This document shows, one piece after another, positions 53,394 to 61,808 of a stretch of DNA of 64,000 nt. The first letter of the stretch is position 1; each line of letters begins with the position of its first letter. The stretch spans positions 186,001 through 250,000 of IMG/VR virus record IMGVR_UViG_3300028840_002431, one strand, 5' to 3'. A model generated the notes under the pieces. That model had not been told where the DNA came from, did no database searches, and saw only the letters and a program-made list of their open reading frames with translations. Position numbers and translations under genes: made by a program.

Positions 53394-53824
53394 TTCTTTT
53401 TCTTGCCCTTGAGAAGGTAGCCGTAACAGTGCCAGGGGTAGCCCGTCGCAACATTGACCCCGACGATGATATGTCTGAGTTCGACGACCTCCCCATGGAA
53501 CGCCGCCAGATATTCCTGGAACCAGCGGCCGGTGCCCTTCTCGGCTTTTTCGTCCGCCGTCTTGCGGGCAGCTTTGGCCTTTTCGTAGTCCCACTGCTCG
53601 ATACGATCGGAGTAGTTGTAATGAAGTCCGGCTTGCTTCGCGCCGAAAATCGTTACGTCTTTCCCGCTTGAGAACCGTGAGTCGGTGTAGTGTGGGTACA
53701 AGTCCGGGAGTTGAGTGTCGAGGTTCGTTGTCGCGAATCGTGGCATTCTGTGACCATCCATTCTGACATACGGGTTGTCCCAGAATACTTCGTCGTCGTA
53801 GTAACCATCATACTTTGGCATCAC
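53390..53824 (-). CDS. hypothetical protein
   Basis: YSDRIEQWD...NVATGYP. Confidence 0.7.
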   Translation of the reverse strand: MMPKYDGYYDDEVFWDNPYVRMDGHRMPRFATTNLDTQLPDLYPHYTDSRFSSGKDVTIFGAKQAGLHYNYSDRIEQWDYEKAKAARKTADEKAEKGTGRWFQEYLAAFHGEVVELRHIIVGVNVATGYPWHCYGYLLKGKKKK

Positions 53825-54774
53825 TCACTCCGATCTTTCGGGTCCACATATTTCACCTTGAGGATATCGTATAGCTCGACCTCGAACTCTCCGCCGATAC
53901 GCTCCTCTTCGACCATGTCGCCTTTGCTGGCGTTCGGTCCCTTGAAGAAGCCATACTCGTTGACCAGGATTCCCCGACTCTTGGCGATTCCTCGAAGCCG
54001 TATATTATGGGCCTTGCTGCCGGTGAAGTAGCAGAGTGCCGCGCCCCAACACAGCGGGTCCACAATCAACAGATCGACGTTGACAATGAAGTTGCCTTGG
54101 TAACGCAAAGTGATCTTCTTGTCCCCGGCCGACTGGATTTCACCGAAGCGAGCGGCCACCGACCTGACCTGAGCCATGGCCTTGGGGTTGTCGAGCGACA
54201 GGAGGATGTCAACGTCCTTCACCGTCTCCGACTCCCGACGGAAGGAACCGGCCGGGCTGCACCGATACACACCGTCGATGGCTTTCAATTGCTTTACCAT
54301 CTTCTCGACGAATGGTTTCACCACCTCACGCGGTAGGCGGCCCTGTTTCATCTGTTCGAGGCCGATCTTGGCTCGCTCCAGGAGGTCCGGATCGTCGCCG
54401 GTTGCCTCCAAGAGAACGATGAGTTCTTCCACACTCTCCACACCATGGAGACGGGCAATATTGAAGGCCGACACCGGGCCGACTCCGGGAATAGCTTGTA
54501 GAGCAAACGCCCCCGGAGGAAACTGCTTTTCCAGTTCCTCGATCCGCTTGCACGTGCCGGTTTCCAGGATCTGGTGGATGGTTTCGGCCGTGCTCTTGCC
54601 GATTCCCTCGACTTCCAGGAGGTTGATAGACCCGGCGTGCTCAGGCATATCGCGGACCACACCAGCGACTTTTTCGTACGTCCTGGCCCGCCACTGGTCC
54701 TTTGCGACGCGATAAAGCTTCCCGATATAGGCGAGCTTCTCGGCCAGTTCCTGGTTCGTGGTGGGCACGTACAT
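53821..54774 (-). CDS. polX: family X DNA polymerase (no PHP domain)
   Basis: HhH GIGKSTA and IPGVGP, AGSFRR, DVD, VDL, YFTGSKAHN, NEYG. Confidence 0.9.
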   Translation of the reverse strand: MYVPTTNQELAEKLAYIGKLYRVAKDQWRARTYEKVAGVVRDMPEHAGSINLLEVEGIGKSTAETIHQILETGTCKRIEELEKQFPPGAFALQAIPGVGPVSAFNIARLHGVESVEELIVLLEATGDDPDLLERAKIGLEQMKQGRLPREVVKPFVEKMVKQLKAIDGVYRCSPAGSFRRESETVKDVDILLSLDNPKAMAQVRSVAARFGEIQSAGDKKITLRYQGNFIVNVDLLIVDPLCWGAALCYFTGSKAHNIRLRGIAKSRGILVNEYGFFKGPNASKGDMVEEERIGGEFEVELYDILKVKYVDPKDRSE

Positions 54775-54781
54775 ACCTACA

Positions 54782-54808
54782 CTACGAATCAGCGGGGCTG
54801 ACCCTAAA
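54782..54808 (-). promoter_or_regulatory. class A promoter-like motif
   Basis: TTTAGG-N17-GTAG-N7-ATG. Confidence 0.65.
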
Positions 54809-54836
54809 GATTAAAAATACGGTATCAACCTAGATA

Positions 54837-55703
54837 CTACTCCAACTGGTCGTGAGCGTCGGAGAAGCCAAGGTCGATCAAAGCCGCGTTCTTTCGCGGA
54901 GAGAAGTCCAGGCTGCTACCTATATCGCTCTGGGCCTCTACGAGCTTAACCGTGACCTCCTTCTTCCCTTCTGGAGCCTTCCCGGCCCTGACCAACTCGT
55001 TGATCAACTCCGTCTTCCGGATATCGTCCCGGTGGATCTCGTTCATTATGATGTCGAGCACACGCGGGATTTGATCGAGCACCTTGAGACCCGGCTTGGG
55101 TTCGAACGTGACCTTGGGCGGCTGGCAGGTGACGACGTACACCTCCGTCGCTCCCATCTCGATAGCTGTCCGAAGAGGGGTGATGTTACGAAGGCCGCCG
55201 TCGCTCCACGGGATGCCGTAAATCATGATCGGGTGGAAGAAGATCGGGAAACTGGAAGAAGCCAACACTCCTTCAACGATGTCGTCATCGCTCTCACCCC
55301 ACGACCGGTTTTCGCCGGTACACAACGATGTCCCGATGACCTTGAGCTTCTTGCCGGACCCGGCAATCAGGTTGGCGTCCAGGTTATCCTGGAGAAACTT
55401 CCGGACAGGAGACGAGTCGTAGACGCTCTCTTTCCACAAGACAGGCAGGTACCACAACAGGCCGTGGTACCACTTCTTGTAGATATCAGGTGTGTCGATG
55501 CTCTTCCAAAGATCGATGAGCCGGTGGCTCGCGTCAATCTCCTCGCCCTTCTTGAATTGAGCAATGTACGAGGAGTTGATTGCGCCCACGGAAGTCCCGC
55601 AGAGAATGTCCGGTTGTAAACCGAGAACGGAGAACAGATACTTGATCGCCCCGGCTTCGTAAGCGCCGTTAGCGCCGCCTCCCGATAAAACCAATGCTTT
55701 CAT
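54837..55703 (-). CDS. patatin-like phospholipase
   Basis: LSGGGANG, GTSVG (catalytic Ser), DGG. Confidence 0.9.
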   Translation of the reverse strand: MKALVLSGGGANGAYEAGAIKYLFSVLGLQPDILCGTSVGAINSSYIAQFKKGEEIDASHRLIDLWKSIDTPDIYKKWYHGLLWYLPVLWKESVYDSSPVRKFLQDNLDANLIAGSGKKLKVIGTSLCTGENRSWGESDDDIVEGVLASSSFPIFFHPIMIYGIPWSDGGLRNITPLRTAIEMGATEVYVVTCQPPKVTFEPKPGLKVLDQIPRVLDIIMNEIHRDDIRKTELINELVRAGKAPEGKKEVTVKLVEAQSDIGSSLDFSPRKNAALIDLGFSDAHDQLE

Positions 55704-55762
55704 GTTACACTCCAGGCCATGGCGCGAACGCCGTTTACCTGGGGTAACTATAAGAACATCAC

Positions 55763-56356
55763 CTACGGCAGCACGAACTTGAGGATATCGCCGCGTTTGT
55801 TCACGGCGTAAACCCCTCTTTTCTTTAGCAGATCCCAGACAAGTTCCGCATGTTCGGTGTCTCTCGGACAGCCGTTGAGGCTCTTAACAATGGCTTTGTC
55901 GAATTCGTGAGCCTTGGCGGTGCTTTGAGTGTCCAGGAATGTGCCTCCCAAGGCTCTACGCCATTCGTTGCCGGATATGTTCAGATCACTGGCGTCGAGA
56001 ACGCCCTTGCCATTGAAGTGCTCTCGCATCATGTCCACTTCGGGGGCAAACAACTCACCAAGACGTTGATGGACCCAGTAGTATTCTGGCTCCAAGAACT
56101 CGCCCTTTAACTCTCTGTGGTCGTCTATCCTTTTGCCCGCCATGAACTTGGTTCCCCCGTTGGGGGAGACGACCGCTTCTTCTCCAACCATGTCGTCCGT
56201 TGCCTTGATGGGTCTGCCCGTTCCTACGAACACGGCCCTCCTAACAACATACCGGCGAGCCATCTTGGGCGGCCAGAATTGCGTCCCGTCCACGACCGTG
56301 TCTGAGGTCGTAGTGGTGCGAACCAACGCCAAAACCCCCTCCCAGTTAGAGAGCAT
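55763..56356 (-). CDS. hypothetical protein
   Basis: long ORF; start uncertain. Confidence 0.6.
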   Translation of the reverse strand: MLSNWEGVLALVRTTTTSDTVVDGTQFWPPKMARRYVVRRAVFVGTGRPIKATDDMVGEEAVVSPNGGTKFMAGKRIDDHRELKGEFLEPEYYWVHQRLGELFAPEVDMMREHFNGKGVLDASDLNISGNEWRRALGGTFLDTQSTAKAHEFDKAIVKSLNGCPRDTEHAELVWDLLKKRGVYAVNKRGDILKFVLP

Positions 56357-56420
56357 CACCCCTTCCGGAAAGATGATCGACTCGTGGGAAAGGTTTGGTA
56401 AGAAGGTTCCTTCTCTATTA

Positions 56421-57068
56421 CTATTCTCCAAAGCCCTTTGGCTCATAACAGCGTACGTCCCGTCCCCTGACTACACCACTAGACGATTGGATCTTCCCCT
56501 GCCTTCGTAGTGTTTCCAGAGTACCCTTAATCAAAGAAAGTTGTTGCCGCGTAGAGAGTGCTTTGAATGCAGGGGCGTGCTCTCGCGGAAGTTCCCCGCC
56601 CTCCAAAAAGAAGCCCCGAATATACCCCGCCGTAATACAAGGCTCTTTCCTGAACACCCCTTTCTTGTATTTGCTGTAGATGTCTTCGATGAACGCCAGG
56701 ATGCCTTCTTTCATCCAGCCGCGAAGAGCCTTATCGGTAAGTTTACGCTGCTCTTTCAGTCGTTCGCTGTGGACACGAGCGAGGCCCCTATCCAACTTGC
56801 CGCGATCCAGACTGAACTCGAAGCCGTTCCTCTCCTCTATAACACCATCAACATCGTCGCCCAGTTTGTCGATGTCGGAGCCAGACAGCCGTTCGACCTC
56901 TCTCTGGATCTCACTGAGGTTCTCGACCGGCATCTTTTTCTCGTAGAGGCTCAGTCGGTGTCCGATGAGGACAGAGATGTAGGCTTTGTCCCCTTCAACC
57001 GAAATAGCTGTTTCCGGTCGAAGGGACGCCGTCTTGTACCGTTGGACAACTCTCTCAGCTTCGATCAT
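56421..57068 (-). CDS. hypothetical protein with N-terminal RVVQRY motif
   Basis: 215 aa; SD GAGG. Confidence 0.7.
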   Translation of the reverse strand: MIEAERVVQRYKTASLRPETAISVEGDKAYISVLIGHRLSLYEKKMPVENLSEIQREVERLSGSDIDKLGDDVDGVIEERNGFEFSLDRGKLDRGLARVHSERLKEQRKLTDKALRGWMKEGILAFIEDIYSKYKKGVFRKEPCITAGYIRGFFLEGGELPREHAPAFKALSTRQQLSLIKGTLETLRRQGKIQSSSGVVRGRDVRCYEPKGFGE

Positions 57069-57100
57069 CGCCGCCTCTACGTTACAACTTCGATAGATAG

Positions 57101-58177
57101 TTATTCGGCGGCCGAGTTGGTGTCCATCTTAACGGTCCGTGCCAGGATCTTGGCCTCTTCCGGCCCTTTCCAGTAAGGCTCGATTTGAATAAGCTTTCGG
57201 AGCGAGCGGCCCGGACCGTAAGGTTGGAACTTCCAGTGGCCTCGTACCAGGAACCTAACAGTCGGGCTTTTCCGTGTACCGCGCCCCTCGACGTAGTCCA
57301 CGAGTGCCTGACGGCAGTTGATCTTGGTCGGGCGTCCGATCACAAACGTCTGGATTTCCGGTAGCTCAGAGGTCTTAGTCTTAGGCTTGCCGTTGGTGCG
57401 CCGACCTTTCTTCTTACGGCCGGGCTTTTGCTTGCGGTAGTTGTCAGGATCGGACATGGCAACGCACATCGAGATAACAAGCCGTCCGACAAGATTGAGG
57501 ACACGGTCGTCTCGTGAGTCGGTCTTGAATCCGAAGTCCCAGTTGCCCGCACCACAAACCTTCGCAGTTGTCAGTTCCTCAGGTTTCAGACCGTGCCGCC
57601 ACAGTTGGAGACCGTGCTCCGTCATGGCTACGACGTTCAACGTGTCAAAATCATGACGCTCAGCCCGCATCACATGGACGTATACCTTACGTATGCCGTG
57701 GAGAACGTCTTCTGCGTCTGTGATGGAGAGCAAGCCTTCCGGCATCTCCAAAAGAAACGCCTTCCATGGGAACACAATCTTATCGACCATGTCCCGGCCA
57801 ACGTCGGTGGCCATTAGAAGACTGGCGTACTTGCTGTCGAACACGACTCGCGGGCAGCCTTGATCAACCCAGCGGCCCGCCCAGAGCATCATGCACTGTT
57901 CGTTCGGAATCTGGAGTTGCACCTTGAGAATGTCCGAACCAACCAGGGTGTCGGAGGTAACAGCGCGAATCAGCCTTTCCAGAGCTTCGTCGTCCGTGGA
58001 GCCGCCGTCGTAGGTATACTCGTGCAGCTTCCGGCCATAAGCCATCATTTCTTCGTTCGAGAGATTGGGGTTGAAATTCGCGGCTTCTTGGATACGCCCC
58101 AGGAGATTGTAAGCCGCCTTGGCTCGCCTCCTATCGCCATCGGGGATGACCCGATGTTTAGTTGAGCGTTTTGGCAT
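57101..58177 (-). CDS. hypothetical phage protein
   Basis: C-terminal VRGHW..QPYGPG...RK.I.I.PYWKG. Confidence 0.75.
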   Translation of the reverse strand: MPKRSTKHRVIPDGDRRRAKAAYNLLGRIQEAANFNPNLSNEEMMAYGRKLHEYTYDGGSTDDEALERLIRAVTSDTLVGSDILKVQLQIPNEQCMMLWAGRWVDQGCPRVVFDSKYASLLMATDVGRDMVDKIVFPWKAFLLEMPEGLLSITDAEDVLHGIRKVYVHVMRAERHDFDTLNVVAMTEHGLQLWRHGLKPEELTTAKVCGAGNWDFGFKTDSRDDRVLNLVGRLVISMCVAMSDPDNYRKQKPGRKKKGRRTNGKPKTKTSELPEIQTFVIGRPTKINCRQALVDYVEGRGTRKSPTVRFLVRGHWKFQPYGPGRSLRKLIQIEPYWKGPEEAKILARTVKMDTNSAAE

Positions 58178-58442
58178 CTTCCCCGCCAAAGATCTGGTCG
58201 TAGTTATCGCGGTATTGCTTCGAGGCGACCTGAGGCGGCCCCTTTGCCTTGTAGAGGGACGTGATGCTCAAGACCGATGCGTCCCCTCCGGGTTCCAGAC
58301 GGACCATTTCCATACCCGGAATCAACGCCTGTCCTTGGACCATCGGCGTGACGAGCGCCTCCTTCTCTCCCTCGTCATTCACACGTGTCCCGACGAGGCC
58401 GCCCTCTTCCGTCATGCCTTTGATATGGAATTCGTCTTTCAT
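58158..58442 (-). CDS. hypothetical protein
   Basis: ends YRDNYDQIFG; class B motif 58483-90 upstream. Confidence 0.7.
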   Translation of the reverse strand: MKDEFHIKGMTEEGGLVGTRVNDEGEKEALVTPMVQGQALIPGMEMVRLEPGGDASVLSITSLYKAKGPPQVASKQYRDNYDQIFGGEDAKTLN

Positions 58443-58482
58443 ATTATTACCGACGCTCTCAGTCAGAGACTTCTGACAAGTG

Positions 58483-58941
58483 TTACACCGATTTGTCCGG
58501 TATCAGTTCGTAAGGTTTATACGGGAGGATCACGTTGCCGGGTATTATTCTGACCCCATAACTCTCGGCACGGGTCTTGGTTCGCATCTTCCTCGACACC
58601 ACAATCCCTTCTCTCGACATGCCCGTCCCCCTCACACGGACCGGTGTCCCTTTCTTGATGAGGTCCGGGTCCGGGTTGAACTTGGGGCCGAAAACCTCGA
58701 CGGCCCCGTTAATCCCACGTACCAAGTCGTGGTAGGTTCGCGAGGTGTCATACTCCCATACCAGTTTTCCCCGGCGCTCCACCTCGATTTTGAGGCCCTT
58801 GCGCCCACGACCCTCGATTCGGTAACGGCATCCACGTGGGTGTCTGTCTGTGCTGGATTTGCTTTTCCTGACGGACACCTGATAACCGGCGTCCATGGCT
58901 TCGATGGCTTTGCCCAGATCGTGGAGGGTGCGTATGTGCAT
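58483..58941 (-). CDS. hypothetical protein
   Basis: ATG 7 nt after class A motif. Confidence 0.7.
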   Translation of the reverse strand: MHIRTLHDLGKAIEAMDAGYQVSVRKSKSSTDRHPRGCRYRIEGRGRKGLKIEVERRGKLVWEYDTSRTYHDLVRGINGAVEVFGPKFNPDPDLIKKGTPVRVRGTGMSREGIVVSRKMRTKTRAESYGVRIIPGNVILPYKPYELIPDKSV

Positions 58942-58948
58942 ACCCCTC

Positions 58949-58975
58949 CTACCGCTTGGGTTGCCGTAATCTAAG
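58949..58975 (-). promoter_or_regulatory. class A promoter-like motif
   Basis: CTTAGA-N17-GTAG-N7-ATG. Confidence 0.65.
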
Positions 58976-59201
58976 ACTTATTTTGGGACCGCCAGTAGTC
59001 GGCATCTTTACGGACCGGTAACTCCCAGGCATCGACCCTGATATTGGCCAACTGGTCAGATGTCAGGGTCCGGAGAATTTCACGTTGTTCTTCTGGGAGA
59101 CGCTCGATTAGCTGGCCCGGCTTGGGGAACCGACGGCGATCGAACAGACAACACCCGGCCACAACAGTGTCGAGTAATATGCTTTCCGGCGTCTTTTTCA
59201 T
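58971..59201 (-). CDS. hypothetical protein
   Basis: SD GAGG; ends QNKS inside the next motif. Confidence 0.55.
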   Translation of the reverse strand: MKKTPESILLDTVVAGCCLFDRRRFPKPGQLIERLPEEQREILRTLTSDQLANIRVDAWELPVRKDADYWRSQNKS

Positions 59202-59306
59202 TTAGGTTCCCTCTCGCTCGCGGGTAAGCCCAAGGTAATGCCGCAATTTCCGAAAGCAACTTTGGAATTTTGGAGGCTCGTGTGTAACCCTTGAACACAG
59301 GATAAC

Positions 59307-59639
59307 ATGAAGCTCAGCGAAATCGACGAACAAACCTTCACGGAGTTGGACGATGCTTGTGGCGCAGTCCTAAGCGAACTCCGTGCCTATTGCCTGATCA
59401 ACGAATGCGAAGCGGTCCTCACCGTCCGAACGTGTTTGGAAGACTTGCCCAAAGGCGAGATGAAGCTGTACCTCCAAATCGTGAGTGATGGAGATACCGT
59501 GGACTACGCTGTCGCCAAAGTTCGCGGGTCCATCCAGAGAATCGGGTGGAACATCTATCTGGCCGACACGCTGGAAAGTGCCAGAAGCTATGTCGGCCGG
59601 GCAAACGAAAGAATGGCGATCGTCGAGAGGGCGAACTGA
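59307..59639 (+). CDS. hypothetical protein
   Basis: TTTGGA-N17-GTAA (59261-87) upstream. Confidence 0.65.
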   Translation: MKLSEIDEQTFTELDDACGAVLSELRAYCLINECEAVLTVRTCLEDLPKGEMKLYLQIVSDGDTVDYAVAKVRGSIQRIGWNIYLADTLESARSYVGRANERMAIVERAN

Positions 59640-60142
59640 TGAAAGCTCGCAAGTGGACGCTCTGCTTTCGCAAGTGCATCATGGGTTGGCTTCTCGTGTC
59701 TGCCCGCCCAGCCCATGGACGCACCCTCAAAGGCGTGGCTATCCCCAGGCACGTGCTCGATTTCGCGGAAGCCGACGAACGCGGTTTCGTGCGAGACAAA
59801 GAGACCGGTAAGATAATCAGCGGTTTGGTCAACGATGCCTACGAGGGCAAGACGGTCCAGGAGATCGACGACCCCGCCAAGCCGCAAGAAGAGCCGCCCC
59901 GTCTCGACTGGGACGCCAGCGAAACGAAGTACATCGGGTCCGAAGAGGACGGGGTTTACTACGGTGCTGTGGAGAAAAACGGCAAGTGGTGGGCCATGGC
60001 GACCGTGGACAGCGACTCCGGAGGCTTCACCGACTCTCTCCTGGCTGAACTGGGAACGTCTCAGGAGACTGCTCTTCAAGCCGCCAGAGAAGTGGCAGAG
60101 GAGTGGTGTGCCTCAAACGAGGTGCTGGTCGAGTTCTCTTAG
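59639..60142 (+). CDS. hypothetical protein
   Basis: TGATG coupling. Confidence 0.65.
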   Translation: MKARKWTLCFRKCIMGWLLVSARPAHGRTLKGVAIPRHVLDFAEADERGFVRDKETGKIISGLVNDAYEGKTVQEIDDPAKPQEEPPRLDWDASETKYIGSEEDGVYYGAVEKNGKWWAMATVDSDSGGFTDSLLAELGTSQETALQAAREVAEEWCASNEVLVEFS

Positions 60143-61023
60143 ACCGACGCCAGAAGCTTCTTCAACTGCTTTGTGTCGGACATGAGATCCGAGGTCCAGT
60201 CCGCAACCGCCGAGAACGCCTTCTTCACAGCGCCCCAGAGCTTGTCCCAGGTGCGTACGAGCATGTTCCAGATGTCCACGCCTTGCTTGTCCGTGGCGAT
60301 CTTGGGGTTGCTCATCTCCTCTTCGAAGCGGGCAAGCGCTCTCTTGGCCTGAGCCAGAACCTCTTTCTTGGCTAGGTCGTTGCTCGCCTGATGCAAAAGC
60401 ATCTGGAACTGCTTCTCGAAGTCGATGACCGGGGCTTCGACCTCTTCGTGCTTCTCGATGGTGTTCGAAAGCTCTTCGACGGCCTTTCTGGCCTTGACGA
60501 TTTCCTTGCCAGCCATGTTGAGGTCTTTACGAGCACTCTCCAGCCACTTCTCACGCCGCTTGTCCTTGGACCCGCGTGCTATGGCGTCCTCGTGCTTCTT
60601 GATCCTCTCTTCCGCGTCTTCGATGGTCCGCTCCAGATGCTCGATCTCAAGCTGCCACTCCGCCGCCGTCTTCTGCGTATCGTTGATCAGATTCTGACTT
60701 CGGAGATATTCCTTGATCCAGTCCTCGATCTCGTCGCCGGACTTGACCTGGAAAGCTCCATACTGTGCCCGAACGTCAGGCCCGGCCGGTAGCTCGTGAC
60801 CCAGTTTCTTACACTTGTTCTGCCAGTATTTAACAGCCCCTCCGTAACTGAATTTGGGACCCATTTTCTCGACCACGTATTTCCAGGCCAGCAAGACCTT
60901 TGGGTCCAGTACCCCCTCGTCAACCATTTGGAGGATATGCTTGTACTGAGCCGGAATGCGGTAACGATCGTCGGCTTCCAGAAAACGGCGGGCGACACGG
61001 TAGATAAGAGTAGAGGTTTCCAT
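60139..61023 (-). CDS. coiled-coil protein with N-terminal RVARRF motif
   Basis: 294 aa, heptad-rich. Confidence 0.75.
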   Translation of the reverse strand: METSTLIYRVARRFLEADDRYRIPAQYKHILQMVDEGVLDPKVLLAWKYVVEKMGPKFSYGGAVKYWQNKCKKLGHELPAGPDVRAQYGAFQVKSGDEIEDWIKEYLRSQNLINDTQKTAAEWQLEIEHLERTIEDAEERIKKHEDAIARGSKDKRREKWLESARKDLNMAGKEIVKARKAVEELSNTIEKHEEVEAPVIDFEKQFQMLLHQASNDLAKKEVLAQAKRALARFEEEMSNPKIATDKQGVDIWNMLVRTWDKLWGAVKKAFSAVADWTSDLMSDTKQLKKLLASV

Positions 61024-61054
61024 ACCCCGCTCGTTTTATGAAACGAAAACCGAT

Positions 61055-61081
61055 TTTAGGTTTAACGGATTCCGTGTGTAG
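61055..61081 (+). promoter_or_regulatory. class A promoter-like motif
   Basis: TTTAGG-N17-GTAG-N7-ATG (61089). Confidence 0.65.
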
Positions 61082-61088
61082 TGGAGGT

Positions 61089-61379
61089 ATGGATAATAGT
61101 ACCCCCAAACCGGGCGACGTTATCTACGTCCCCTCAAGCTGGTATGTGTATCGAGGCCGGGACGATTTCCATGGAGGTAAGGCCACCGTCTCCGAAGTCA
61201 AAAAGGAGAGCTACGGCACCTTCGTCTCCATCGAATCCCGGCCGGGCCACGGGTATAACTGGGACATCCTGAAAGACAAACAGGAGAAGCTCGCCACCGA
61301 ATATGGCGATACGTGGGCGCACCCGGACCCGGACTACCACCCCGATGTAAACGACGACAACGCCGATTGGAGGCCGTGA
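61089..61379 (+). CDS. hypothetical protein
   Basis: start reassigned from motif spacing. Confidence 0.7.
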   Translation: MDNSTPKPGDVIYVPSSWYVYRGRDDFHGGKATVSEVKKESYGTFVSIESRPGHGYNWDILKDKQEKLATEYGDTWAHPDPDYHPDVNDDNADWRP

Positions 61380-61771
61380 TGAAATTGAAGTACGTTGGCA
61401 CGCGCACCAAAAAAGGGTGCGAAATAATTGTACGAGAAGAGGACAGCGGCCACGAGTGGCCGCTTCCACCCAGACTGGATCTTTACAACCACAGTCCGAC
61501 AGGCTTCGAGTGGGGCTACCACGGCTCCGGACCGGCCCAGACGGCTCTGGCTATCCTGGCCTCGCACCTCAAGAAAGAGGAACACCGGCCAGCCGTAATG
61601 AGCGCCCTGGGGATGCTCAGCCCTCCCGACGCCGAGACCATGGGCATGGACACCCACGAGTATCTCGCCGTCTGTTACCACCAGCCGTTCAAGGCTCTCG
61701 CCATCGCGGGTCTGGATGAGGACCAATGGGAACTGACAGAGGACGAGATCGCCCGTCTCATCAAGCGTTAA
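61379..61771 (+). CDS. DUF6166-like protein
   Basis: NHSPTGFEWGYHGSGPAQTALAIL. Confidence 0.75.
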   Translation: MKLKYVGTRTKKGCEIIVREEDSGHEWPLPPRLDLYNHSPTGFEWGYHGSGPAQTALAILASHLKKEEHRPAVMSALGMLSPPDAETMGMDTHEYLAVCYHQPFKALAIAGLDEDQWELTEDEIARLIKR

Positions 61772-61808
61772 ATCGTCGGGTGTAATCTTTCGATGCTAAG
61801 TGGTTTAC

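Noticed and set aside
54837-55703. CBASS-type defence operon around the patatin gene
   Set aside because: There is no CD-NTase or ancillary gene adjacent; the neighbouring nucleotidyltransferase is a clear PolX.
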